Source: Candidatus Brocadiia bacterium
GTDB lineage: Bacteria; Planctomycetota; Brocadiia; SM23-32
Assembly: GCA_046538485.1 (NCBI GenBank)
Contig: JBKHIT010000006.1
Span: 32,001-96,000 of the forward strand
Direction of reading: 5' to 3'
Length of the DNA: 64,000 nt
Shown: in pieces, positions 37,459 through 48,400 of the stretch
How the letters are laid out: each line of letters starts with the position of its first letter
Position numbering within the stretch: position 1 is the first letter of the stretch
Translations under genes and position numbers: made by a program
Notes under the pieces: model-generated
Database searches by the model: none
What the model saw: only the letters and a program-made list of their open reading frames with translations
What the model was told of the DNA's origin: nothing

Positions 37459-39908
37459 TAATCATTCGTCTCGCTGGTAAGTTTCTCGGCAAGATCCTGG
37501 CATTTTTTTCTAAGAAACACCCAGAATTCTTCTTTGGGTTCTGTTGCTCCCAGCAACTCTTTTGTTCGTTCCACGGGTTCGTACGATTCCACGCGGACAT
37601 CCCGCAGCAACGCGGGTTCGTGGAAATAAAGCCCGATGGGAACCGCTTGCTCGATCCCGATTTCTGGTTCATAGGCCAGCCGCAGCCGTTCATGCCCCTC
37701 AATTTTCAGAGTCAGGTATTCAGGAGTAACACGCCATGAAACCTCCTGCCACTCGCCGGGTTCGATGGTTGCATCGGTGCGGAGGATTTCGTCTCCCCGA
37801 GCGAGAACCCGCGAGACCGTGTTTCCCAGGCCCCCGTACTGAAGCAGAAGTCCGTCCTGCCAGCTATCGCCGACAAATGCGGAGAAATCGCCGGGAGTTT
37901 CGGATTTTGCACAATAGCTGATTCGTAGCGGCAACCGACACGTTTTTTCCGAAACGAGCGAATTCTCGCCCGTAATCCGCAGTCCGTCCGATCCGATGAC
38001 GGGTTCCCCGGCATCCCAGGACCAGCCCGTTAGATCAGAATCGGAGGTAAAATTGCTGGAAAGTACGGGGATCCATCCTGGTTCAATCAGATTGTCCTTA
38101 AACTCCAGATACGGACGCGCTACGTCACTGATATCGTTCCATTTCTCTCCGATCAGAACGTTTCGGGATATACGGTTTCCCTTCGGCGCCGCCGGTTCCT
38201 CATCCATTAATTCCACCAGTTCCGGATACCGCTCCCGCCACGGCAACTGATCGACAGGCATTTTCTCGAGGCGTTCCGGAAGCGTTCCACCCGGTTTCAC
38301 ATGATAGCTCATCCAGTTCATACCACGGGCATCGACATGTATGGCTCTCCCGCAATCGATGAAAATATTGTTTTCGAAAATGTTGTCCCGTCCACCCCCG
38401 ATGAACGCCGCCCTTGTAACTTTCCAGAAGACGTTCCCCCTGACCGTGAATCCGCTGACGGCATCGTCGAGGTAGACTCCCATTGCGCCCACCTGTCCCG
38501 GCCCGGCGATATGGTGAAAAAAGTTCCCCTGCAGAACGGTCCCCCGTTCGGTCCAATCGCGTCCCGCGTAAAAAGCTCCGACGTCCCCGGTCTCCTGGCA
38601 GAGATGGTGCAGTTCGTTGTCTTCGATGACGTGTTCATTCCCGCTGAGCTGAATCCCGTTGTGCGGGGCATGATGGATCAAGTTTCCCCGGACCGTATGC
38701 CCCACTCCACTGACGTTCACCGCAGGAGTGTAGGTGCGGTCGACGCGCGAAAAATGGTGGATATGATTGTCCTCCGCCCGATGGTTCGCATGCGTGAGGC
38801 TCGGCCGGTCGCCGCCCTGGAGCGTGATCCCACCGCGGCCCGGGTTACGGATATGACAGCCCACAATCGCATTATCTGCCCCTCCCTTAACGATGACACC
38901 ATCGCCGCCCACATTCCGGATCTCGCAATTTTTGACCTCTACATCTTCGCTCTCTAAAATGGTCAGGGGACATTCTCGCGTCGCCTCAAACGTCAGTCCC
39001 TCCAACCGCACGTGAGAAATACCGTTCATCTCAAGAAGTCCCGGACTGGCTGACAGAACAACCTCCGAGGATTCGATTGGGCGCGGCGGCCACAGGTAAA
39101 GGATCCCTTTATCCCGATCAATATACCATTCCCCCGGCGAATCGAGTTCGCAGAGCATATTGACCGCCCGGTAGCGCATCCCCGGACGGTAACCGTAGTT
39201 GTGATACGGTTTCTCGAGTTCGATGATTTTTCGATCGGTATCGATGGACGCAATTTGCTGGTATTCGTCGCTCCAATCCCAGAACCAGTAGCCGTGCAAC
39301 CATGGATCTGCTTCGTCCTGCCAGCGTTCGGGTCGGCTCTCGCGGTAGACAAATTTTCCCACCCGATCTCCTCTGGTCCCGCGGACATCAAACGGCTCGA
39401 TTCCAAGCACGTCTTTGACAGTTGTAAAACCGTCGTTCGGCCAGCCGGCCAACGGCATCGGATCACCATCAATGAAAAGCTCCGGGCGTTCTCCGGAGGC
39501 CGTAGCGTGTCCAAAATCCGGAACGCCCTCGTCTTTCAGATCAAACTGTACAACACGCAGTCGCGCCTCCGCGGTCAGGTGCTTGAAAATTGCTTTGTCC
39601 TGAACGGCCTCAGCATTTTCCAGCAAGTGACCTCCGGAAAGAATAACCTCTGCGCCCTGTTCTGCTTTCCAGGTAACCGGTGCCGTTTCTGAACCCGAAT
39701 CTTCAGGCTTTAATTGCAGGGGCATGTCGATCTCATGCCGGCCCTGTGGAACAGTGATTTCGATCGCAGCGTTTTTATCGCTGGCCTCTTTCTTCATTTG
39801 CCGCGCGCCATCCCGTGCCTCCATCAAAGACTCAAATGATCCGGTGGTCAATGAAGAGTTCTCAGCCCCGTGATTTTTTTGCACCATTACGGAAACGGTC
39901 ACTGACAT
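37458..39908 (-). CDS. right-handed parallel beta-helix protein (GH141-like architecture) with C-terminal ConA-like domain
   Basis: LKPEDSG, LSGG, ELFIDG.PM.LAGWPN, HGYWFWDW, ELDSPGEWYID, repeated NHIHH/NLIHH/NFFHH coils, DVGAFY, GVYLDD, IGGGRDN. Confidence 0.8.
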   Translation of the reverse strand: MSVTVSVMVQKNHGAENSSLTTGSFESLMEARDGARQMKKEASDKNAAIEITVPQGRHEIDMPLQLKPEDSGSETAPVTWKAEQGAEVILSGGHLLENAEAVQDKAIFKHLTAEARLRVVQFDLKDEGVPDFGHATASGERPELFIDGDPMPLAGWPNDGFTTVKDVLGIEPFDVRGTRGDRVGKFVYRESRPERWQDEADPWLHGYWFWDWSDEYQQIASIDTDRKIIELEKPYHNYGYRPGMRYRAVNMLCELDSPGEWYIDRDKGILYLWPPRPIESSEVVLSASPGLLEMNGISHVRLEGLTFEATRECPLTILESEDVEVKNCEIRNVGGDGVIVKGGADNAIVGCHIRNPGRGGITLQGGDRPSLTHANHRAEDNHIHHFSRVDRTYTPAVNVSGVGHTVRGNLIHHAPHNGIQLSGNEHVIEDNELHHLCQETGDVGAFYAGRDWTERGTVLQGNFFHHIAGPGQVGAMGVYLDDAVSGFTVRGNVFWKVTRAAFIGGGRDNIFENNIFIDCGRAIHVDARGMNWMSYHVKPGGTLPERLEKMPVDQLPWRERYPELVELMDEEPAAPKGNRISRNVLIGEKWNDISDVARPYLEFKDNLIEPGWIPVLSSNFTSDSDLTGWSWDAGEPVIGSDGLRITGENSLVSEKTCRLPLRISYCAKSETPGDFSAFVGDSWQDGLLLQYGGLGNTVSRVLARGDEILRTDATIEPGEWQEVSWRVTPEYLTLKIEGHERLRLAYEPEIGIEQAVPIGLYFHEPALLRDVRVESYEPVERTKELLGATEPKEEFWVFLRKKCQDLAEKLTSETND

Positions 39909-40199
39909 ATTCTTTCCCCTAAATTTTCTTTCCGCAAAACCAATTCACCAACTGAAACGGTAAGAGTGATAACAACCGGTCTCTTTGTCAAGCATAAATA
40001 CCCGGTGGGTATGCACCTCGTCGGCAGACTTCTATCACTACATTCAGAAATCACCTCGCGAATAGCCTCCCTCAAGTCATTCCGAGACTTGCGCTTTGAC
40101 AGCAAATTGTTAGACTCAAATCAGTTGAAGCTGATGATTCATAAAAATGGCACCTTTGTCACCTGGATCAGGCGGCCTCAAAAAGAGCAGGGTGCAATT

Positions 40200-41435
40200 A
40201 TGGAAACTCATAAAAATGCGATGGCGCTCCCGCTGAACACACTGAAAGAACAAGCCGTCACTGCCCTTAAACAAGTCATACCCGGAATCATTGAGTGGAC
40301 GGAAAGTGTTCGCCCGTATGACGGCACGCGCGGCCGGTTTCGTTGGGCCAATGAGTCAACGCGCGATGCCAACGTAGCGGCGACGGCCTATATACTCGGC
40401 GGATCCGATAAAATGGGGATTAAGGATAGAATCTGGACGAACGAAGACCGTCAAGCCGGGGAAGAATGGATTCGCGCCATGCATATTGGCGATCAGCAAT
40501 ACCGCGATCCAGCCTTGATGGAACGTCGCTCGCCCAATTGGCCGGATGATAAACCCTGGCCCTCTCCTGCCATGCTGGGGGGTATTAATCAGTACGCCCG
40601 CAACGTGCTTAAAAGTTGCGTTAATAATATCGAAGAGCTCCCGCCCGACAGTCCTCCGCCGGGCTGGCCGCAAGCTACCGACAATCCCGATCTGATGCTG
40701 GGGTGGGTGAGGACCCGTCCATACGATGAAAATGCATGGGGTGCGTGCAGTCACGGAATGCGCATGGCAACTTATATGCTCCGATGGCATAAGGAAGGCA
40801 AAATCCCCCTTCAGCCTGTTATCGATGCACTCAACTTCTTCTACAGCATCCAGGATCCACAAACCGGTCTCTGGGGAACAGCCGACCAACCAAAGAATGT
40901 CCGTATTAATGGCACGTTCAAACTTTTCCCGCTTTTGCGCGAAAACCTGGACCTGCCGCTGCCCCATGCCGGTAAGATCATCGATCAGGTGATGTCCGAA
41001 TTTGATCGACCTGATTATGATGAAACGGTCTGTGGGTGCGACGAATGGGATAACTGGTATGTGATCGGGCTGGCAGGCCCTGAGGCTCCGTCCCATCGTG
41101 CGGAAGAAATCAAAAAAACGGCTGCCTGGCGAATCAGTCGCGTGCTCGAAGTTTTCAGCCAATCGGACGGAGGATTGAGTTTCCACCCGGCTCACTGCAA
41201 TACCAGTTGGATCGGATTTGATATGGCGCCACAACTACCTCAGGGTGATGCCATGGGTCCTGGAATACTCGCTGGCGGGATTAACGTTTGTATCGACCTG
41301 ACAGATCTCCATGATGCAACCGCATGGAGTGGTGTGTGGCGCATGCGCTCGCTTGATGATGAACCTCTTCGGAATGCTATCCTTGAAGGATTGAATGCAG
41401 ACATAGAGAGTCCATCTCAGAAGAACGTTCCATAA
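40200..41435 (+). CDS. hypothetical protein (possibly alpha/alpha-barrel; IQDPQTGLWG motif)
   Basis: Long ORF with protein-like composition; start chosen at METHK (40200); no family confidently recognised. Confidence 0.65.
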   Translation: METHKNAMALPLNTLKEQAVTALKQVIPGIIEWTESVRPYDGTRGRFRWANESTRDANVAATAYILGGSDKMGIKDRIWTNEDRQAGEEWIRAMHIGDQQYRDPALMERRSPNWPDDKPWPSPAMLGGINQYARNVLKSCVNNIEELPPDSPPPGWPQATDNPDLMLGWVRTRPYDENAWGACSHGMRMATYMLRWHKEGKIPLQPVIDALNFFYSIQDPQTGLWGTADQPKNVRINGTFKLFPLLRENLDLPLPHAGKIIDQVMSEFDRPDYDETVCGCDEWDNWYVIGLAGPEAPSHRAEEIKKTAAWRISRVLEVFSQSDGGLSFHPAHCNTSWIGFDMAPQLPQGDAMGPGILAGGINVCIDLTDLHDATAWSGVWRMRSLDDEPLRNAILEGLNADIESPSQKNVP

Positions 41436-41456
41436 TCGACATAAGAGAGAACTTAT

Positions 41457-42485
41457 TTGCGAATACTTTACGGCATACAGAGCACAGGAAAAGGTCATCT
41501 ATCGCGATTTCTGGGGCTCCGTCCGCATTTTCGTGAGGATGGACATAAGCTCTGTGTCATTGCCAGCGGGTATGAGACCCCTCCTGACTATTTCTTAGAG
41601 GCGATCAGTGACTACGAATATCATCGTTTCAAGGGAATATCATACGTGGGTAACGGGCAAGGAGGCGTATCGGAAACGCGGACGGCCGCTGCTTTTCTGA
41701 AGAACTTTCCGCGTCTCATGGATGAAATCGCCAAAGCCCACCGGCTCGTGCGTGATTTTCAGCCGGATGTGATCGTCAGTGATTTTGAACCCATTACCGC
41801 GTGCCCGGTTGTCGCACCGGACATCCCCAAAATTGGCCTGTCCCACCAGAGCGCCGTCCTGAGTCCGGGCGTTCATCATCCTCCCGGCATACCTTTCGCG
41901 AAACTTTCAACGCGTACCGTGGTTTCCATTTTTACCGCAGGTCTGAACCATAAATTTGGTTCTCACTTCTATCCGGCCAACCATTATTGTCTTCCGCCGA
42001 TCATACGGCCGGCCATACTGAATGCTAAACGCGAGAACCGGGGACACATTATTGTCTACTACACGATGCCCGGTTTACTGCCCGAAATCAAGAATTACGC
42101 ACTCACTCACTCCGACAGACAATTTATTATCTATGGCGCGAAAGGCGAAAAAGACTCAGCAAACATCCACTACGAACAAGATCGCTCTCAATTCGCACAA
42201 GACCTGGCCAGTTGCGACACCTACGTCGGAACGGCGGGTTTCCAATCGATCAGCGAAGCCTTTTTTCTCGGCAAAAAGATCGTGGTCAAGCCATTGGCGG
42301 GTCAGTATGAACAGATTTGGAACGCCGCCCAATTGGAACATTACGGAATGGGACGTTGGATGCGGCAAAGCCTGGTTGAAGCACTTGAGCAAGACTTCAA
42401 CACCGAACTTCACACCAAACTGAAAAATTGGTTCGAAAACGGTTCGCTTACCTGCTATGAGAAAATTCTCGCGGCAGCTCACTAA
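41457..42485 (+). CDS. glycosyltransferase, MJ1255/VC2487 family (GT-B fold)
   Basis: MRILYGIQSTGKGHLSR, PDVIVSDFEP, IGLSHQ, LPPIIR, TAGFQSISEA, KPLAGQYEQ..NA; TTG start. Confidence 0.88.
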   Translation: MRILYGIQSTGKGHLSRFLGLRPHFREDGHKLCVIASGYETPPDYFLEAISDYEYHRFKGISYVGNGQGGVSETRTAAAFLKNFPRLMDEIAKAHRLVRDFQPDVIVSDFEPITACPVVAPDIPKIGLSHQSAVLSPGVHHPPGIPFAKLSTRTVVSIFTAGLNHKFGSHFYPANHYCLPPIIRPAILNAKRENRGHIIVYYTMPGLLPEIKNYALTHSDRQFIIYGAKGEKDSANIHYEQDRSQFAQDLASCDTYVGTAGFQSISEAFFLGKKIVVKPLAGQYEQIWNAAQLEHYGMGRWMRQSLVEALEQDFNTELHTKLKNWFENGSLTCYEKILAAAH

Positions 42486-42573
42486 CTCAGAACGGCGGTT
42501 TCATACTCGTTTGAATCCGCCTCATCCAGCCCCAGCACAAACAGGTCTCCCCGTTTTGAACAGACATAATAGT

Positions 42574-43902
42574 TCAGACCGAATTCCCCGGCAGCTGCGC
42601 TTTTTCAGCCGGAAAAAGCTCAGATAATTCCGCCTCATGTTTTTCTTCAAACGGTCCAACCACAGCGAGGTTGGCATTCTCCGGGCGAAAAATTGTATCA
42701 ATTACCTCAACAAGATCATGGGTCGTTAGATCCTCCTGCTCTTTGACGTACTGGCCTGGCGTCCGGATCCGATCTTCAGGCAGCAAGAGACATTGGCGTG
42801 CCATATAATCTGCGAGACGATCCGGGCGGTCGCACATCATGTCCATTCCGCATCGGATTGTCTCTTTATAGGCTTCCAGTTCGTCTTCTTTCAGTCCGTC
42901 GTTACGCACTTCTTCAATCACATCGAGTGTCGCGCGGGCGGCGGCTGCCAAATTGTCTGCGTCCACCGACAGCGTAATATTCACCGCTCCCGTGTCCGAA
43001 TAAACCATCGGCCGACTCGAAATCTGATAGACCAAACCCAGTTCCTCACGCACCGTTGTGAACAGCCTCGAACTCAATCCTCCCCCGATTATTCGCGACG
43101 CCGCCATCATAGGGCTGAAACGGTCATCAGCCGCACTGAAAGCACGAAAGCTCAAAGCCATATTGACCACAGGGGTCCGTTCCGTTCGACGGTATGCAAC
43201 TCGTGCCCGATATGATTCGACTTCTTCCCGAAGAATCTCTGGAATGGGTTGATCGGCCGGCATACTACCTAATGTCGCGTCCAGCATTTCACAAACGCCC
43301 TCGAAATCAAAGGCCCCCGCCATTGAAACAACCATATTTTCCGGCACAAAGAAACGCGAATATTGTTTTTCGACCAGCTCGGAATCAAACTTCTGGACGA
43401 CCGATAAATTACCCCGCGTGCCAAGCTCGTCGACTTCCTCTTTGAAAAGCAGGGAGTAGACCAGTTCCAGGGCGCTTAGATTCCGCTGTTTGTCATCCCG
43501 GTTCTCGCTGATTTCCTGAGCCACGATAGCCTTTTCCTGCTCGATTTCATTCTCATTAAACAATGGATTTCGAAGCACATCTGTAAAAACACTCAGGCCC
43601 TTTTCACAGTGTTTTTTATGGACGAGAAGGATTACCTCAAGAGACTCCGGGTGGGTGCTTGCATCAAGTAAACCGCCCATGTGCTCGATCGTCCGCAACA
43701 GATCGCACGAACTCGGATAATTCTTGGAACCCTGAATAATCATGTGTTCCAGAAAATGGGTCAAACCAGCGTGCTCGCGGGGCTCAAACCTCGGGCCTGC
43801 ATGGACACGAGCATGACAGGCAACCGAATGCAATGAGGATTGCTGAACACCGATGATAGCCAAACCGTTATCAAGCTTTTCTTCCCTGTAATCGCCAAGC
43901 AA
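42574..43902 (-). CDS. M16 family zinc metallopeptidase (insulinase/pitrilysin-like)
   Basis: LDNGL, GLTHFLEHM (inverted HxxEH), EIEQEK..V.QE, FVPENMVVS.AG, IIGGGLSSRLF..VREELGLVY. Confidence 0.93.
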   Translation of the reverse strand: MLGDYREEKLDNGLAIIGVQQSSLHSVACHARVHAGPRFEPREHAGLTHFLEHMIIQGSKNYPSSCDLLRTIEHMGGLLDASTHPESLEVILLVHKKHCEKGLSVFTDVLRNPLFNENEIEQEKAIVAQEISENRDDKQRNLSALELVYSLLFKEEVDELGTRGNLSVVQKFDSELVEKQYSRFFVPENMVVSMAGAFDFEGVCEMLDATLGSMPADQPIPEILREEVESYRARVAYRRTERTPVVNMALSFRAFSAADDRFSPMMAASRIIGGGLSSRLFTTVREELGLVYQISSRPMVYSDTGAVNITLSVDADNLAAAARATLDVIEEVRNDGLKEDELEAYKETIRCGMDMMCDRPDRLADYMARQCLLLPEDRIRTPGQYVKEQEDLTTHDLVEVIDTIFRPENANLAVVGPFEEKHEAELSELFPAEKAQLPGNSV

Positions 43903-44029
43903 AGGGCTCTCCTTGTAAGTAAATTACTCATTCCCCGTCTTTGTGTCCCTAAAAAGATCGTATACAATACCGGGACATCCGTCAATCACGACCGTTCATA
44001 ACCTCAGCAAGATAAATTTGTCGAACGCT

Positions 44030-45250
44030 ATGAATCAATCCGATGATACATATATCGTCCAAATAACACCTCCTGGTGAGGGCGGGATAGCGGTCATTGC
44101 CCTGGCCGGGAAAGGTGCAGAAGAAATGCTGAATCGATTCTTTGAGCCTGTTCAGTCCACTGGCAACTCCAAAAGAAATCGAAACTTATTTTACGGACAC
44201 ATTAAGCGGGACAACAAAGTACTTGATGAAGTTATTGTGGCACGTGTCGGAAATCCGTTCGCAAATGCCAGCAGCAGGGCCTACGAGATAAATTGTCACG
44301 GTGGAGCCGCCGCCGTGAGCGCTGTAATGGATTGTTTTCAGCACGCCGGTGCGCAGTCGTTCCCCTGGCAGGAATTGGCCGGTCTCAAACCGGATGGGGC
44401 CCCCCTTTCACATTTCACTCTCCGCGCTCGCGCATTATCCTCTCTCCCACAAGCTGAAACGAGGCTTGCAGCCCGTATGTTGCTTCACCAGGCGAATGGC
44501 GCGCTTTCTAATGCTCTGGAGACATTGCTGGTGTGTCGTAAAGAAAGGGAGTTTGCGAAACGCCTGGACTCGCTTCTGGCGACATGTGATCTCGGGCAGG
44601 CGCTTCTGGATTCCACTTCTGTGCTTCTCGCTGGTCCCCCCAACGTCGGCAAATCCACACTGCTCAACACCTTGCTGTCCAGAGAAAGAGTAATTGTTCA
44701 CCACCGGCCCGGCACAACCAGAGACCTGGTGAGGGAAACGATTTCGCTCAAGGGTGTCCCTTTTGAGTTCATTGATTCCGCGGGAATTCGGTCGGACGCA
44801 CAAGATGTTGAGGCTGAAGCCATTAATAAGACCCTCGCGCATATTCGCGATTGCAACATACTGGTTTTCGTCTACGATGCCCGGGAGAAACTGGAGGAAG
44901 AAATAAAAACCGTTTCTAAAAAACCGCTCCCATCGCGAGTTTTCTTTGTCGGGAACAAAATTGATCTCCTGAACTCCGCCTCCTTCCCCCCGAGAAGGCC
45001 ACCTGAGCCTTTTGCCGAATGTCCCCACATTTTCCTGTCGGCAAAGACCGGGGAAAATGTGGAATATCTCGAAAATGCGCTCCTCAAACCTTATATCTGT
45101 CGCCTGCCCGGTTGTCGGGGTGGTGAAGCATTTGTCTTTGACAAAAACACCGAAAAGTTATTGTGCCGGGTGCGTCAACTTTGCGATGATGCTGGTTTCC
45201 GGACAGCCCAAACTAAACTGGGCGAAGCCGGTGTTGTACTCAGTCAATAA
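44030..45250 (+). CDS. MnmE/TrmE-like GTPase, short form lacking the C-terminal CxGK motif
   Basis: TPPGEGGIAVI, LDEVIV, EINCHGG (TrmE N-terminus); G1 GPPNVGKST, G2 PGTTRD, G3 DSAG, G4 NKID, G5 SAK; ends ...GEAGVVLSQ. Confidence 0.8.
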   Translation: MNQSDDTYIVQITPPGEGGIAVIALAGKGAEEMLNRFFEPVQSTGNSKRNRNLFYGHIKRDNKVLDEVIVARVGNPFANASSRAYEINCHGGAAAVSAVMDCFQHAGAQSFPWQELAGLKPDGAPLSHFTLRARALSSLPQAETRLAARMLLHQANGALSNALETLLVCRKEREFAKRLDSLLATCDLGQALLDSTSVLLAGPPNVGKSTLLNTLLSRERVIVHHRPGTTRDLVRETISLKGVPFEFIDSAGIRSDAQDVEAEAINKTLAHIRDCNILVFVYDAREKLEEEIKTVSKKPLPSRVFFVGNKIDLLNSASFPPRRPPEPFAECPHIFLSAKTGENVEYLENALLKPYICRLPGCRGGEAFVFDKNTEKLLCRVRQLCDDAGFRTAQTKLGEAGVVLSQ

Positions 45251-45439
45251 AAGCTCCCTCGACATGAACATTTCCAAGAATCGTCTCTGAGCAGATCGCG
45301 CGCATGTCATTTTCCCCGCTTGCAAAGCAAACGGCTTCCATTTATCTTTTATTGTTCGGGGATTAGACCGACATTTAAAATTACTCGTGGGGGAGGATTG
45401 TAGAGCATCTTTTTTGCTTTCACAGGAAGGTATCCTGCT

Positions 45440-48400
45440 TTGTATCGGGGACGCAAAGACTGTCCGCCAGCGTTGATAGCGATCCTCAGTCTGGCTATCT
45501 TTTTCCTCTCTATACCGCTTCAATATGTTTCAGCCCAGATAGGGGTAGAAATCAGGGGCAACGCCGGAATTAAGCCCGATGGGGAAACGGAAAAAGAAGA
45601 GCGCAAAGACGACGATATGTACCAGCGCGCGGGGCTCCCAACCGATCCAGAAATTCAGACTTTTCTGCAGCGCGCACAGGATTATTCGGAATCCGAGCAG
45701 TACGACACAGCCGTCCGCCTTCTACAAAAAGTTCTCGAAGAAGGCGACCAGGCGATGGTAAAAACGGGGCGTAGAGTCTATCAACCAGCCAGCGAAACGG
45801 CTCAAGGCATGCTCATTGAGCTGCCGGAGGAAGGGCTGGAAACCTACCGAATTCTCGCGGACGCAAATGCAGCAGCTCTGCTGGATGCACCGGGAGCCCG
45901 AAGAAACTCAGGCGCCCTGCATCAAATTGTCAGGCAGTATTTCCTCAGTTCCTTGGGCGATGAAGCTGCCTACCGCCTTGCCTGTCTCTACATCAACCGT
46001 CATCAGTTCAGCCAGGCGAGGCGCCTGCTGAACGATATACTTGAATATCACGTCGATTTGCCCGCACCTCGAGAAGAGATTCTGCTGCGTCTTACTGTTG
46101 CTTCAGCACAGCTGGGGGATTATGAAGGTGCAAAAAAGGTCTGGGCTGAACTGTCTGCTGGCTTCGGTTCGTTGCCTTCGGAAACTCTGAAGCAGATTGA
46201 AGCCGAAATTGAACGTGCCAAAAAATCAGCTGTGGCAACCTCGACGGGCGGGGATTGGCCCATGGCATATGGCAGCTCCAGTCGTAATGGTGTGACCTTT
46301 TCACCGGAACTGACTTCTGAGAAAAAGGAAAATGTTGCTTTGGTCAGTGTCTGGGAACAAGACATGGAAAGCGATCGTCGCGAAGACGTTGCAGAGACTG
46401 CCGGCCAAACCGAATTACTGACCCAGATGTGGATCGAGAACAATTATCAACCCGTCGATCAAATGGCAATCGTAGCTGACCGGATATGGGCAAGCTCTCC
46501 CGACGGTATTCGATGTATCGCTAAAAAAACCGGGCGAAAAATCTGGTCGACCGGCGGCAAAGCTCCTTTCCAAAACCCGAATCAGAAAAATCGACGGATC
46601 ATTATCCATCACCGGGTGCGTCGGTATAATTTTCAGGAATCAGCCTATTTCAAAGACCGCACCGGCGACAGGATTAGCGTTTTTGGAGGGTTGGTATTTC
46701 GTACTGAAGGAAACTGGAAAACGGCTCCCACACGGCGTCGAGTTCGGCAGGGAAATCGCATAACCTATATTACCGAACGAACCGGTAGTTACCTGTCGGC
46801 ATACAACGCCGAAACTGGTAAATTGAAGTGGGCAGTTGGTGGCGGCAAAACCGAAGACAAAAATATTCTTTCCGGCTGCCGTTTCATGAACGCGCCCGTG
46901 CCCTGCGGAACCAACGCGCTGGTAGCCATCGAAAAAAATGACGGGCTCTACCTCGCCGCCCTCCATCCAAAAACAGGCAGGATAAGCTGGCAACAATTCC
47001 TCTGCGCTTACGCTTCCTCCCCGGTGCCCCCCAAAAAACCCGTGGGAGTAGCAGTGGATTCCGGCGAAGTTTATGTGGCAACCGGCAAAGGCGTTGTGTT
47101 TGCGCTTGATGGTGTCGATGGCCACATTCACTGGGCCAGCACCTACCAGAGCAATCCCTTGCAGTGGGCTCCAGCACGGCTCAGCCAGTTGCGTGGCCAA
47201 AAAAAAGAACCTGATGGCTGGTCTGAAAACGCTATTTTTCCCACGGGTAAAAATCTCCTGACTCTGCCGGGCGATGCCCCCACAATTCTGTGCCTCGACC
47301 GATCTTCCGGCGAACTACGCTATAAAAAAGCACGTAATAATGCTGAATATCCCCTCGGTCTCGTCCAAAACAATCTCATCGTCGCAGGCGATACTTTTAT
47401 CCGCGCTCATGAGGTCCGAACCGGGAGTGTGGTCTGGGAGCAACAAATCGAACCACCCACAGGCCGCGGTATCCTCACCAGAAACTTTGCATTTCTACCC
47501 CAGGACGGCTCGATCAGAGTTCTGTCTGTGAAATCCGGCCAGAAGATCTCCAAAATTCACGTCGGGCTCAGTCGTGACCTTCCTCTCGGCAATCTCTATT
47601 CCGACGGAAACCGTATCTACTGCGCCGGCCTGAGCAGGGCGTTCGCCCTATCCACCGGTGCCCGTTTGCTGGCCGAACTGAATCAAAACGTCAAGAAACA
47701 ACACAGCGCGGCGGCATATCTGGCACGAGGTCGATTTTACTCCAAAACAGCTCGTTATGCTCAGGCTGTCAGAGACCTCCGAAACGCACGCAATTTGGCT
47801 CTGGAAGACCCAAGGCAGGTCCGATTCAACCAACTCGTTGATGCACTGGCTAAAATCCAGGAAGAAAAAAACCAGCTCCGGTCCAAACTCGCGTGGTTTG
47901 CCGATTCATTCAACCGGGCAGCCCTCGGACCCGACTACACAAAACTCAAGGGCGAAGCAGAAATCAAAGATAGTGCTCTCAGGATGTCCGATGGACAACA
48001 ATTGCTTGTGAAGCTCAACAAACTGATTCCTGGGAACTTTTCCGTTGAGATTGATGGATGGCAGTTGGACCGCCCATGCGATTTATCCTTCAAACTCGAT
48101 ATCACCTCACCGCAAAAAACAGTGAAAGCTCTTTATGCTCAGTTCGGAGCCAACTGGAACGTTCGAAATATCCTTCAATTCGATGGCAATCAGGTGTGTG
48201 TAACCAATGACTACCTCATTGAAAAAGGGAAAAGGCACCAGCTAAAACTGGTTCGATTCGGACAACAGCTCACCATGTATGTCGATGGCCGGCGCATTTT
48301 GCAGCATGAAGGCAATTTGCCCCCGGCAGCTGAGAGCAAAACTACACTCTATCTCTACGGCTTCGGGGGGGAGCATTTTTTCGACAACCTGACAATTAAG

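Noticed and set aside
42494..42521. Hairpin GGCGGTTTCA/TGAATCCGCC between convergent genes
   Set aside because: Imperfect stem and no U-tract on either side; not enough to call a terminator.
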